DNA of 64,000 nucleotides from Dehalococcoidia bacterium (GCA_963667465.2 CAXXDN010000002.1:1792001-1856000); one strand, 5' to 3'. Positions 39,393 to 49,415 are shown, numbered from the stretch's first letter. The notes: generated by a model from the letters alone, not told the origin. Program-made: numbers and translations.

Positions 39393-40610
39393 ATGGCGCA
39401 GCAACGGGTGGATGCGGTGTTCATGCGCGGCGGCACCAGCCGCGGCATCTTCTTCCAGCGCGCCTGGCTGCCCGCGGCCCGCGAGGATTGGGACCCGATC
39501 TTCCTCGGCGCACTCGGCAGCCCGGACCCCTACGGCCGCCAGCTCGACGGCCTGGGGGGCGGCGTCTCCTCCCTCTCCAAGATCGTCGTCATCGAGCCGT
39601 CGGCGAGGGCGGACGCGGACGTCGAGTACACCTTCGGCCAAGTCGCCGTCCGCGAGGCGGCGGTTGCCTACCGCACCAACTGCGGCAACCTGACATCCGC
39701 CGTCGGCCCGTTCGCCGTCGATGAGGGCCTTGTGACGCCCTCGGTCGGCTCGGACGGCGGGGCGGCGGTGCGGCTCTACAACGTGAACACGCAGAAGCGG
39801 ATCGTGGCCCGCTTCCCGCTCGACGGCGCGAGCGCCGCCGTCGAAGGCGACTTCCCCTTGCTCGGCGTCGCCGGCCAGGGAGCGCCGATCCGCCTCGAGT
39901 TCCAGGACCCCGGCGGCGCGGTGACGGGCGAACTGCTGCCCGGCGGCGCGCCGGCGCAGACGCTGGCCGTCCCCGGCCTCGGCGACCTGCGCGTCTCGAT
40001 CGTGGACGCGACGACGGCCATCGTCGCCGTCAACGCCGCAGACCTCGGCCTGGCCGGCAGCGAGCTGCCCGACGCGATCGAGGCCGACGCCGGGCTGCTC
40101 GCGCGCCTCGAGGCGGTGCGCGGGGCAGCGGCGCTGCGGCTCGGGCTCTCGCCGAGCGTAGAGGAGGCGAGCGCCTGCTCGCCGCAGAGCCCGTTGATCG
40201 CGATCGTCGCCGCCCCGCAGCCCGCGACAACCCTCGCGGGCGAGGCCGTCGCGCCCGAGGCGGTCGACCTCACGGCGCGCGTGATGTCGATGGGGCAGGC
40301 GCACCGCGCGCTGCCGCTGACGGCCGCGATGTGCCTCGCCGTCGCCGCGCGCATCGAGGGCAGCGTGGTGCACGAGCTGACGCGGCCCGGCAATCCGGCC
40401 GCCGACCTGCGGCTCGGCAACCCCTCGGGCGTCCTGCCCGTGGCTGCCAGCGTGCGGCACGAGGGCGGCGGCGAGGGCGATTGGATCGCCGACGACGTAG
40501 TGGTCTACCGCACCGCCCGGCGACTGATGGAGGGCCGCGTGCTGGTGCCCGCCTCGCGCCTCGCAACGCCCGCGGTGGCGACGGCCGCGGCGGCAGGAGC
40601 CACGCCGTGA
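39393..40610 (+). CDS. prpF: PrpF-family isomerase
   Basis: MRGGTSRG, GSPDPYGRQLDGLGGG, NCGNLTSAVG, RTARRLMEG. Confidence 0.9.
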   Translation: MAQQRVDAVFMRGGTSRGIFFQRAWLPAAREDWDPIFLGALGSPDPYGRQLDGLGGGVSSLSKIVVIEPSARADADVEYTFGQVAVREAAVAYRTNCGNLTSAVGPFAVDEGLVTPSVGSDGGAAVRLYNVNTQKRIVARFPLDGASAAVEGDFPLLGVAGQGAPIRLEFQDPGGAVTGELLPGGAPAQTLAVPGLGDLRVSIVDATTAIVAVNAADLGLAGSELPDAIEADAGLLARLEAVRGAAALRLGLSPSVEEASACSPQSPLIAIVAAPQPATTLAGEAVAPEAVDLTARVMSMGQAHRALPLTAAMCLAVAARIEGSVVHELTRPGNPAADLRLGNPSGVLPVAASVRHEGGGEGDWIADDVVVYRTARRLMEGRVLVPASRLATPAVATAAAAGATP

Positions 40611-41488
40611 GCGCGACACAGGCGACGATCCCCGCGGCCGCACGGCTGCGCGAGCTAATCGCGGGTGACGGGGTCGTCGTCGCGCCGGGCGTCTTCGACG
40701 GGCTCTCGGCGCGGCTGGTCGAGCAGGCGGGCTTCCCCGCCGTCTACGCCAGCGGTGGCGCGATCGCACGCAGTGCCGGACTGCCGGACCTCGGCCTGCT
40801 CGGCCTCGGCGAGGTCGTCGACCGCCTCCGCCCGATCGTCGAGGCGGTCGCGATCCCGGTGATCGCGGACGCGGACACGGGCTACGGCAACGCGCTCAAC
40901 ACACGTCGCGCCGTGCAGGAGTTCGCACGCCTCGGCGTGGCCGCGCTGCACCTCGAGGACCAGACGTTCCCCAAGCGCTGCGGCCACCTCGACGACAAAT
41001 CGCTCGTCCCGGTGGAGGAGATGGCGCAGAAGCTGCGCGCGGCCAGCGAAGCGCTGGAGGGCAGCGGCGTGGTGCTGATCGCGCGCACCGACGCGATCGC
41101 CGTCGAGGGCCTCGAGGCTGCCCTCGAGCGCGCCGAGCGCTACGGCGAGGCGGGAGCGGATGTGCTCTTCGTCGAGGCGCCGGAGAGCGAGGCGCAGATC
41201 AAGGCGATCGCGGAGCGGCTGCCGGGGCCGAAGCTGATCAACATGTTCCAGGGCGGCAAGACGCCGCTCGTCCCCGCCGGGCGGCTCGCCGCGCTCGGCT
41301 ACCGGATCGTGATCATCCCCTCGGACCTCCAGCGCGCGGCGGTGTGGGCGATGCAGCGCACGCTGGAGGCGATCGGCGAGGACGGCAGCAGCGCAGCGCA
41401 GGCCGAGCGCATGATCTCGTTCAACGAGCGCGAGGAGATCGTCGGCACGGCGGGCTACCTCGATCTTGGTGAGCGCTACGGGGCGTAA
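40607..41488 (+). CDS. Isocitrate lyase / PEP mutase family lyase (PrpB/Dml-like)
   Basis: DADTGYG, EDQTFPKRCGH, ARTDA, FVEAP. Confidence 0.9.
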   Translation: MSATQATIPAAARLRELIAGDGVVVAPGVFDGLSARLVEQAGFPAVYASGGAIARSAGLPDLGLLGLGEVVDRLRPIVEAVAIPVIADADTGYGNALNTRRAVQEFARLGVAALHLEDQTFPKRCGHLDDKSLVPVEEMAQKLRAASEALEGSGVVLIARTDAIAVEGLEAALERAERYGEAGADVLFVEAPESEAQIKAIAERLPGPKLINMFQGGKTPLVPAGRLAALGYRIVIIPSDLQRAAVWAMQRTLEAIGEDGSSAAQAERMISFNEREEIVGTAGYLDLGERYGA

Positions 41489-41537
41489 CCCGCCGCGTAG
41501 CAGGCGCTGCTAGCATCGGCGTCGCGGGGAGCGCAAC

Positions 41538-41903
41538 ATGACCATCACCGTCGTCCGTCTGCAGCGGGAACGGCAGCGCGCCAGTGCGGCGGGCACGCGC
41601 GGCGGACGCGCGTTCGACATCGAGGCGGCGATGGCGGAGATGCGCGAGCAGGGCTACGACCCGCACCGTGAGGTGGTCGAGCTGGTCTTCGGCCCGGCCC
41701 CCGTGCAGAGCGCTTACGACGAGCGCCTCGATCGCTTCATCTTCCGCATCGCGGGTAGCAAGCCGACGATCGAGATCGAGGTCGAGCTGCCGCCCGGGCA
41801 GCTCGCCGAGGCGGAATGGGCGCCGCTGATCGCCGCCGGCTGGGTGCGGGACCGCATTCGCCCGCCGATCCCCGAGTTCTACCCGGCCGGCCACGGCCTG
41901 TAA
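41538..41903 (+). CDS. Hypothetical protein
   Basis: GGGGAG RBS, upstream TAGCAT -10 box, coding-like composition. Confidence 0.65.
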   Translation: MTITVVRLQRERQRASAAGTRGGRAFDIEAAMAEMREQGYDPHREVVELVFGPAPVQSAYDERLDRFIFRIAGSKPTIEIEVELPPGQLAEAEWAPLIAAGWVRDRIRPPIPEFYPAGHGL

Positions 41904-41913
41904 GGAGCCGCCG

Positions 41914-42336
41914 ATGCCCGTGATCCGCTTCGACCACGCCTCGGTCCCGACGGACCACCCCGAGGAGTTGATGGCCTTCTACGAGAGCATGGGCTTCGAG
42001 ATCCTCGACGCCGAGGCGTTCCGCAGCGGGGAGCGGCCGATCTTCTCGATCGCCTTCGGCGACAACAAGATCAACGTGCATGGCCCGAACTTCTGGCCGC
42101 GCGAGGACTTCACGCTGCGCGGACCGACGGCGAAGCCTGGCTGCGGCGACCTCTGCTTCGTCTGGGACGGCGGCCTCGAGGACCTGCAAGCCGCCCTCGA
42201 GGCGACCGGCGCACCGATCGAGGAGGGCCCGGTGCCGCGCGAGGGCGGCCGCGGCGGCGGTCGCGACATGGGCGTGAGCATCTACACGCGCGACCCCGAC
42301 CACAACCTGCTGGAGTTCATCGTTTACGAGGACTAG
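41914..42336 (+). CDS. VOC/glyoxalase family protein
   Basis: FDH, KINVH, PGCGDLCF, EGPVPREG, SIYTRDPDHNLLEF. Confidence 0.88.
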   Translation: MPVIRFDHASVPTDHPEELMAFYESMGFEILDAEAFRSGERPIFSIAFGDNKINVHGPNFWPREDFTLRGPTAKPGCGDLCFVWDGGLEDLQAALEATGAPIEEGPVPREGGRGGGRDMGVSIYTRDPDHNLLEFIVYED

Positions 42337-42383
42337 CGCGGCCCGAGGCCGCCAGCATCGCTGCGTGACGACGGGAGGGTGCG

Positions 42384-43646
42384 ATGGACTGGGCAGACTC
42401 AGCAGAGCAGGCGGCGTTCCGTGCGAAGGTGCGGGCCTTCTTCGAAGACAACCTGCCCCAGCGCTACCGCGAGGACCTCGGGCCACTCCGCCCGCACATG
42501 ATCCGCGCCTCCAATGGCGAGGAGATCTTCGCCACGCACGCTGACTGGGGCATCGACCGCTACTCCGAGGACCCCGCGGTCAAGGGCGCCGCCGACGACT
42601 GGGCGAAGGCACTCGCCGACGAGGGCTACGTCGCCTCGTCCTGGCCAAAGCCCCTCGGTGGCGCGGGCTTCACGACCATCGAGCAGTTCATCTTCAACGA
42701 GGAGCGCGAGCGCGCCGGCGCGCCCCGCGTCGGCGGCAGCGGCGCGATGTTCCTCGGCTCGCTGCTCATGGTCTACGGCAGCGAGGAGCAGAAGGCGAAG
42801 TACATGCCGGCGATCGCCCGAGGCGAGATCGACTGGGCGCAGGGCTACTCCGAGCCGGGCAGCGGCTCCGACCTCGCCTCGTTGCAATGCCGCGCCGTCC
42901 GCGACGGCGACGAGTACGTGGTAAACGGGCAGAAGCTGTGGTCGCAGCCGCTGACCTCGGACGCGATGTACACCCTCGTGCGTACCGATCCCGAGGCGCC
43001 AAAGCATCGCGGCATCTCGTTCCTGATGATCGAGGACCTCAACGACCCCGGGATCACGATGGCGCAGCTACCGAGCATGGCGTTCCACTACCCGGGGAAC
43101 GGCGAGACCTTCTTCCACGACGTCCGGGTTCCGGTCGCCAACCTGATCGGCGAGGAGAACCAGGGCTGGTACGTCGCCATGACGCTCATGGACTTCGACC
43201 GCGGCAGCCTCTCCGACACCGGCGAGGACCGTCAGAACCTGGACCACCTCCTCGACTTCCTGCAGACCGAGGAGGGTGAGCGCGTCTCGCGCGGGTCCGA
43301 GTTGCCGTCCGTGCGGGCAGAGATCGCCGACCGCTTCATCGAGGCGCGGGTCGGGCAGAACCTCGCGCAGCGCGTCGCCTCGATGCAGGCGGCGGGGCTG
43401 ATCCCGAACTACGAGGCGTCGATCGGCAAGTGCTTCTCGACCGAGCTGCACCAGCGCCTCGCGCGCACGGGGACGAAGACGTTCGGGCTCTACGCGAACC
43501 TCTGGCCGGGCGACGAGCGGGCCCCGCTGCACGGTCAGCACACCCACGACTACGCGCGCACCGTGGCGTTCACGATCTACGGCGGCAGCAGCGAGATTCA
43601 GCGCAACGTGATCGCCACGCGCGGCCTCGGCCTGCCGAGGGGGTAG
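42384..43646 (+). CDS. Acyl-CoA dehydrogenase family protein, copy 1
   Basis: QGYSEPGSGSDLASL, NGQKLW, TIYGGSSEIQRNVIA. Confidence 0.93.
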   Translation: MDWADSAEQAAFRAKVRAFFEDNLPQRYREDLGPLRPHMIRASNGEEIFATHADWGIDRYSEDPAVKGAADDWAKALADEGYVASSWPKPLGGAGFTTIEQFIFNEERERAGAPRVGGSGAMFLGSLLMVYGSEEQKAKYMPAIARGEIDWAQGYSEPGSGSDLASLQCRAVRDGDEYVVNGQKLWSQPLTSDAMYTLVRTDPEAPKHRGISFLMIEDLNDPGITMAQLPSMAFHYPGNGETFFHDVRVPVANLIGEENQGWYVAMTLMDFDRGSLSDTGEDRQNLDHLLDFLQTEEGERVSRGSELPSVRAEIADRFIEARVGQNLAQRVASMQAAGLIPNYEASIGKCFSTELHQRLARTGTKTFGLYANLWPGDERAPLHGQHTHDYARTVAFTIYGGSSEIQRNVIATRGLGLPRG

Positions 43647-43718
43647 TGCGGCGCGGGCGGGCGATCCGGCGCCGCGCGAGGCTGCTAGCATCGCTCCCGC
43701 GACGACGGGAGGGGAGCG

Positions 43719-44981
43719 ATGGACTGGGCAGACTCGCCAGAACAGGCGGAGTTCCGCGCGAAGGTGCGGGCCTTCTTTGAGGACAACCTCCCCCAGCGCT
43801 ACCGCGAGGACCTCGGGCCACTCCGCCCGCACATGATTCGCGCGACCAACGGCGAGGAAATCCTCGCCACCAGCGCCGAGTGGGGCACGGACCGCTACTC
43901 CGAGGATCCCGCGGTCAGGGGCGCCGCCGAGGAATGGGCGAGGGCGCTGGCCGCCGAGGGCTACGTCGCCTCCTCCTGGCCGAAGGATCTCGGCGGCGCC
44001 GGGTTCACCACCCTCGAGCAGTTCATCTTCAACGAGGAGCGCGAGCGCGCCGGCGCGCCGCGCGTCGGCGGGACCGGCGCGATGTTCCTCGGCTCGCTGC
44101 TCATGGTCTACGGGACGGAGGAGCAGAAAGCGAAGTACATGCCGCCGATCGCGGCGGGCGAGATTGACTGGGCGCAGGGCTACTCCGAGCCCGGCAGCGG
44201 CTCCGACCTCGCCTCGTTGCAGTGCCGCGCCGTCCGCGACGGCGACGAGTACGTGGTGAACGGGCAGAAGCTGTGGTCGCAGCCGCTGACCTCGGATGCG
44301 ATGTACACGCTCGTCCGCACCGACCCGGAGGCGCCCAAGCACCGCGGCATCTCGTTCCTGATGATCGAGAATCTGAACGACCCCGGGATCACGATGGCGC
44401 AGCTGCCGAACATGGCCTTCCACTACCCCGGCAACGGCGAGACGTTCTTCCACGATGTGCGCGTACCCGTCGCCAACCTGATCGGCGAGGAGAACCAGGG
44501 CTGGTACGTCGCCATGACGCTCATGGACTTCGACCGTGGCAGCCTCTCCGACACCGGCGAGGACCGCCGGGCGCTCGCACGTCTCATCGACTTCGTGCAG
44601 ACCGCTGAAGGCAGTCGCATCTCGCGCGTCGCGGAGTTGCCGTCCGTGCGGGCGGAGATCGTCGACCGCTTCGTGGAAGCGCGCGTCGGCCAGAGCCTCG
44701 CACAGCGTGTCGCCTCGATGCAGGCGGCGGGGCTGATTCCGAACTACGAGGCATCGATCGGGAAGTCCTTCTCGACAGAGCTTCACCAGCGCCGATCGCG
44801 CACGGGGACGAAGGCGTTCGGGCTCTACGCGAACCTCTGGCCGGGCGACGACCGCGCGCCGCTGCACGGCGAGTTCACCCACGAGTACGCGCAGACGGTC
44901 GCCTACACGATTTACGGCGGGAGCAGCGAGATCCAGCGCAACGTGATCGCCACGCGCGGCCTCGGCCTCCCGCGGGGCTAG
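43719..44981 (+). CDS. Acyl-CoA dehydrogenase family protein, copy 2
   Basis: Same motifs; about 90% identical to copy 1 by manual count. Confidence 0.93.
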   Translation: MDWADSPEQAEFRAKVRAFFEDNLPQRYREDLGPLRPHMIRATNGEEILATSAEWGTDRYSEDPAVRGAAEEWARALAAEGYVASSWPKDLGGAGFTTLEQFIFNEERERAGAPRVGGTGAMFLGSLLMVYGTEEQKAKYMPPIAAGEIDWAQGYSEPGSGSDLASLQCRAVRDGDEYVVNGQKLWSQPLTSDAMYTLVRTDPEAPKHRGISFLMIENLNDPGITMAQLPNMAFHYPGNGETFFHDVRVPVANLIGEENQGWYVAMTLMDFDRGSLSDTGEDRRALARLIDFVQTAEGSRISRVAELPSVRAEIVDRFVEARVGQSLAQRVASMQAAGLIPNYEASIGKSFSTELHQRRSRTGTKAFGLYANLWPGDDRAPLHGEFTHEYAQTVAYTIYGGSSEIQRNVIATRGLGLPRG

Positions 44982-45002
44982 GCGCGAGCCGAGCCCGCAG
45001 CG

Positions 45003-46385
45003 ATGAGCTCGCAAGACAGCGGACAGCCGGACTCCGCGGCGGCGACGAACGAGACGGCGCCGCGGCGCCTCCCGCTCGAGGGCGTGCGCGTGCTCGCGCA
45101 GGCGATCGTCTGGGCGGGACCGTTCGCCACCGCGCTGCTGTCCGACCTCGGCGCCGAGGTGATCGAGGTCGAGTCGATCCAGCACCTCAACCCGACGCGC
45201 ACGAACTCGCGCCACCCGAGCGAGGTGATGCTCGCCGGGACGGTCGGCACCTACTACGTGGACCGCGACGGCAGCGAGGGCTTCTGGGACCGCCAGGCCT
45301 GGTTCAACTACGGCAAGCGCGGCTGCAAGTCGATCACGCTCGACCTCTCGCGCGAGCGCGGCCGCGAGCTGTTCTACGAGCTGGTCCGGCACTCGGACGC
45401 GTTCATCGAGAACGGCGCCGCCGACGTCGTCGACAACCTCGGCATCGACTGGGAGACGCTCTCGGCGATCAACCCGAGGCTGGTGATGGTGCGCTTCCCG
45501 GGCTTCGGGCTCGACGGGCCGTACGAGCACTACAAGGGCTACGGCAACGTCATGGAGGCGGTCGTCGGCCACACGATGCTGCGCGGCTACACCGACGCCG
45601 ACCCCTCGCTGACGCCCGCCTCGCTGCACGGCGACCCGAACGCGGGCGCGATGGTCGCCTTCTCGCTGCAGGCGGCGCTCTGGGCGCGCAAGCGCAGCGG
45701 ACGAGGGCAGCTCATCGAGATCTCGCAGGCCGAGGCAGTGATGCAACACCTCAGCCACGCCTTCATGGACTACTCGATGAACGGCCGCGCGCACGGGCAC
45801 GCCGGCAACACGCACCCCTCGATCGCGCCGTACGGCATCTTCCCCTGCGCGCCCTCGCCCTCGCCGGCCGGTCCCGATGACGCGGCCGACCGCTGGATCG
45901 CGATCGCCGCGCCGACGGACGAGGCGTTCGCAGCGCTCTGCGCGGAGCTGGGCCGGCCGGAGCTGGCCGCCGACGAGCGTTACGCCGACGTCGTCTCACG
46001 CCAGCGCAACCGGGACGCCATCGAGGCGGAGATCGGCGCCGGGACCGCCGGGCACGAGGCGCAGCCGCTGATGGAGCGGCTGCAGCGCGCGGGCGTCCCG
46101 GCGGCGGCGCTGCTGCACCAGCCGGAGATGACCGGCGATCCGCAGCTCGTCGAGCGCGGCTTCTTCCAGGAGCTCACGCACCCGGCAGCGGGCACTCACC
46201 CCTACCCCGGGCCGGTGGCGCAGTTCTCGCGCACCTCGCTGACCCCGGTGCGCGGGCCGGCGCCGACGCTCGGGCAGCACAATGAGGAGCTGATCTGCGG
46301 GCTCATCGGCCTCAGCGAGGCCGAGTACCAGCAACTCGTCGAGGACCAGGTCGTCGGGACCGTCTACCTCGAGAACGCGCGCTGA
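45003..46385 (+). CDS. Family III CoA-transferase
   Basis: WAGP, LGAEVIEVES, GFGLDGPY, HGDPNAG, APTLGQHN. Confidence 0.9.
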   Translation: MSSQDSGQPDSAAATNETAPRRLPLEGVRVLAQAIVWAGPFATALLSDLGAEVIEVESIQHLNPTRTNSRHPSEVMLAGTVGTYYVDRDGSEGFWDRQAWFNYGKRGCKSITLDLSRERGRELFYELVRHSDAFIENGAADVVDNLGIDWETLSAINPRLVMVRFPGFGLDGPYEHYKGYGNVMEAVVGHTMLRGYTDADPSLTPASLHGDPNAGAMVAFSLQAALWARKRSGRGQLIEISQAEAVMQHLSHAFMDYSMNGRAHGHAGNTHPSIAPYGIFPCAPSPSPAGPDDAADRWIAIAAPTDEAFAALCAELGRPELAADERYADVVSRQRNRDAIEAEIGAGTAGHEAQPLMERLQRAGVPAAALLHQPEMTGDPQLVERGFFQELTHPAAGTHPYPGPVAQFSRTSLTPVRGPAPTLGQHNEELICGLIGLSEAEYQQLVEDQVVGTVYLENAR

Positions 46386-46410
46386 CGCGAGAGCGCAGGG
46401 AGGGCCGCTG

Positions 46411-47322
46411 ATGTCCGAACGAGAGCAGATCGGCGTCGTGGGGACGGGCATCATGGGCGCGCCCATGGCCCGCAACCTCGCCCAGGCGGGCTTCAGCGTC
46501 GTGGCCTGCAACCGCACGCCCGCGAAGGCCGAGGCGCTGCGCGAGCACGGAGTCGCCGTCGCCGCCTCGCCCGCCGAGGTCGGACGCGTGGCGAGCATCG
46601 TGATCACGATGGTGCCGGACACGCCTGACGTGCTCGCCGCCGTCGAGGGCGAGGACGGCCTCGCCGGGGCGCTCGCCGAGGGCTCGGTGCTGATCGACAT
46701 GAGCACGATCGCGCCGGGCGAGACGCGCGCCCTCGCGGGACGGCTCGCCGAGCGCGGCATCGCGATGCTCGACGCGCCGGTCAGCGGCGGCTCGTGGGGG
46801 GCGGAACAGGGCACGCTGACGATCATGGTCGGCGGCGAACAGGAGACCTTCGATCGCTGCCTCCCGGTGTTCGAGGCGATGGGCGCCAGCATCACGCTGA
46901 TGGGCCCGTCCGGCATGGGCCAGACGACGAAGCTCGTGAACCAGATCCTCGTCGCCGGCACCTGCGCCGCGGTCGCGGAGGCGCTGGTCTTCGCGGCCGC
47001 GCAGGGCGCGGACCTGCTGAAGACGGTGGAGGCTGTCTCCGGCGGCGCGGCGGGCTCCTGGCAGCTCGCCAACCTCGGGCCGCGCATGGCGCAGCGCGAC
47101 TTCGCGCCCGGCTTCATGGTGAAGCTGCAGCAAAAGGACCTGCGCCTGATCCTCGAGGCGGCGCAGGAGCGCAGCGTCCCACTCGCCGTCACTTCCGTCG
47201 CGCGCCAGTACCTCACCGCCACCGAGGCGATGGGCCTCGGCGAGGAGGGCACGCAGGCGATCGTGAAGGCGATGGAGCGCCTCGCGGGCGTCGAGGTGCG
47301 GCGGGACGGCGGGGAGGGGTAG
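46411..47322 (+). CDS. NAD-dependent 3-hydroxyisobutyrate dehydrogenase / tartronate semialdehyde reductase family
   Basis: GTGIMGAPMA, DAPVSGG, KLVNQ, KDL. Confidence 0.9.
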   Translation: MSEREQIGVVGTGIMGAPMARNLAQAGFSVVACNRTPAKAEALREHGVAVAASPAEVGRVASIVITMVPDTPDVLAAVEGEDGLAGALAEGSVLIDMSTIAPGETRALAGRLAERGIAMLDAPVSGGSWGAEQGTLTIMVGGEQETFDRCLPVFEAMGASITLMGPSGMGQTTKLVNQILVAGTCAAVAEALVFAAAQGADLLKTVEAVSGGAAGSWQLANLGPRMAQRDFAPGFMVKLQQKDLRLILEAAQERSVPLAVTSVARQYLTATEAMGLGEEGTQAIVKAMERLAGVEVRRDGGEG

Positions 47323-47352
47323 CGCCGCGGGCGATCGGCCTCACGCCCCGGC

Positions 47353-47598
47353 TCACCTTCCGTCGAACGGGTCGACCAGTTCGTTGGGAAGTGGGTCGAA
47401 GAAGGACTCGGGGATATCAGCGAGGCCCTTGCCCAACCCCACGGGCCGGGGCTCGTCGAGCCGCTCACCCAGGGGCCGAATCTCGGCCACGGGGCGATCG
47501 TGACTCCAGAGAATGATGCGGTCGCCCGGCTTGAGCGCCGCGATGCGCGCGGACAGGATTGTCCCCGCGTCATGCGTGTTGAGTCGCGTCGTCGTCAT
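47353..47598 (-). CDS. Phd/YefM-like antitoxin, orphan
   Basis: IILWSHDRPVAEIRP...RPVGLGKG...FFDPLP; palindrome TGAACC-N8-GGTTCA 47609-47628 upstream. Confidence 0.72.
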   Translation of the reverse strand: MTTTRLNTHDAGTILSARIAALKPGDRIILWSHDRPVAEIRPLGERLDEPRPVGLGKGLADIPESFFDPLPNELVDPFDGR

Positions 47599-47645
47599 GA
47601 TCCGAGTATGAACCATGCGTCGGGTTCACTGCCCAGTCGGACCCG

Positions 47646-48989
47646 ATGCTCGACGGAGGAGCCCAGCCCGTGACGCCAGCCCCCGGCCGCGACGCCGCAG
47701 TCCAACTGCTGCTCGACCGCGCCGAGATTCACGACGTGCTGATGCGCTACGCGTGGGCCTGCGACCGCCGCGAGTTCGACGTGCAGGCTGCGTGCTTCGT
47801 TCCCGACCTCGGCGGTACGTGGGGCTTCGGGCCGATCCCGGACCGCGACACGATGATGGACTACATCCGCCAGGTGGCGCGCTTCCACACGACCATGCAC
47901 TTCCTCGGCAACGAGTTCATCGAGGTCGACGGCGACCAGGCAAGCCTGCAGGCCCACGCGATGCTGATGCATCGCGCGACGCGGCGCGACGGCTCGACAT
48001 TCGAATACAACGCCACCGACCGGCGCTACTCGGAGCGGCTCGAACGCCGCGAGGGCCGCTGGATCATCGCGGAGCGCAACGTCGAGCCGCGCTGGGCGCC
48101 GACGGGTGTGACCGGCGTCGAGACGAGCGACCCCGCCGTCCAATGGCTGCTCGACCGCGCCGAGATCCGCGACCTGATGGCGTCGTACGCCCTCGGCGTC
48201 GACCTGCGCGACTACGACCGCGTCCGCGCCTGTTTCGCCCCCGGCTTCCGCGCCGTCTACGGCGACCACGAGTTCCGCGACCTCGATCCGCTGATCGAAT
48301 ACATCAGCGGCGTCGAGCACTTCGTCTCCACCCTCCACTTCATGGGCTCGCAGCTGATCGAGGTCGACGGCGACGAGGCGGGGATGCGGACCGCCGCGAT
48401 CATCAGCCAGCGCGATCCTCCCGACGGCGAGACGGAGTGGGCCATCGCCGGCAGGCGCTACACCGACCGGCTCGTCCGCCACGAGGGCCGCTGGCGCTTC
48501 GCGGAGCGCAGCCCGGACGCCGCGACGGTCCCGAGCGCGAACCCGCCGCGCCCGGCCTCGGACGACCCGGACGTGCGCTACCTGCTCGACCGCGCGGAGA
48601 TCGAGGATCTGACAGCGACGTTCGCGGTCGGCCTCGACCGGCGCGACTTCGAACTCGTGCGCTCCCGCTTCGCCCCGGACGCCGGCGAGCACGCCGAGCG
48701 CCTGATCGCCTCGCTGCGCGAGGAGCTGGAGCCGTGGCGGCGCAGCACTCACCTGCTCGGCAACCAGCGCGTCGCGATCGACGGCGACCGGGCGAGCGTC
48801 GAGACGTACGCCTACGTGAACTACCAGCGCGCCGGCGAGCGCGAGGCGACCCACTGGAGCAACGGCGCGCGGCGCTACCGCGACGACCTCGTGCGCATCG
48901 AGGGCCGCTGGCGCATCGCCCGGCGGCGCATCGAGGGGCCGTACTACCGCGACCCGGCGGAGCACTACGAGCGCTCGCCGAGGGACTGA
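47646..48989 (+). CDS. Triple SnoaL-like / NTF2-fold protein
   Basis: Three repeats of LLDRAEI...D.R....H..G...I..DGD.A...RY.D...R.EGRW. Confidence 0.88.
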   Translation: MLDGGAQPVTPAPGRDAAVQLLLDRAEIHDVLMRYAWACDRREFDVQAACFVPDLGGTWGFGPIPDRDTMMDYIRQVARFHTTMHFLGNEFIEVDGDQASLQAHAMLMHRATRRDGSTFEYNATDRRYSERLERREGRWIIAERNVEPRWAPTGVTGVETSDPAVQWLLDRAEIRDLMASYALGVDLRDYDRVRACFAPGFRAVYGDHEFRDLDPLIEYISGVEHFVSTLHFMGSQLIEVDGDEAGMRTAAIISQRDPPDGETEWAIAGRRYTDRLVRHEGRWRFAERSPDAATVPSANPPRPASDDPDVRYLLDRAEIEDLTATFAVGLDRRDFELVRSRFAPDAGEHAERLIASLREELEPWRRSTHLLGNQRVAIDGDRASVETYAYVNYQRAGEREATHWSNGARRYRDDLVRIEGRWRIARRRIEGPYYRDPAEHYERSPRD

Positions 48990-48998
48990 GCCCCGACG

Positions 48999-49415
48999 CT
49001 ACTCGAGGGCGTACAGCTCGTAGGTCATGACCTCGTCGCTGAGCGTGCCTTTGCCGACGACCTGGGTGGCGTTGAGCCAGTCGTAGCGCTCGTCCGGGGT
49101 TTCGATGCGGCCCGCCATCATCACCGGGCCGCCCTCGGAGCCCATCAGCATGGGGCGGAAGCGCCCGAAGTAGTCGAGGTAGAGCAGCGCGCCGTCGTCG
49201 GTTTCGAGCATCGCGCGGACGTTGACCTCGGCGATCTCGCGGCCGGAACGGTAGGTGCCATTGATCCACGCGGCCTCGGCGCGCACGCGCTCGCTCTCCC
49301 AGGTCGCGCCGGGGAGGATGCTCGTGGAGCGCCCGCCGAGCGGGCCGCGCGAGAAGCGCCAGGAGTCGCCGGTGCGGACGGCCAGCGTGCCGAGGTCCGT
49401 CAGTGCGAGTGACAT
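48999..49415 (-). CDS. DUF3237-like protein
   Basis: VRAMLETDDGALLYLDYFG, ETPDERYDWLN. Confidence 0.8.
   Translation of the reverse strand: MSLALTDLGTLAVRTGDSWRFSRGPLGGRSTSILPGATWESERVRAEAAWINGTYRSGREIAEVNVRAMLETDDGALLYLDYFGRFRPMLMGSEGGPVMMAGRIETPDERYDWLNATQVVGKGTLSDEVMTYELYALE

Noticed and set aside
43068-45815. Long antisense ORFs (915 aa here; also 10182-12011, 29357-31279, 62178-63905)
   Set aside because: Shadow frames of real genes in high-GC DNA; Arg/Ala/Gly-rich with no motifs.
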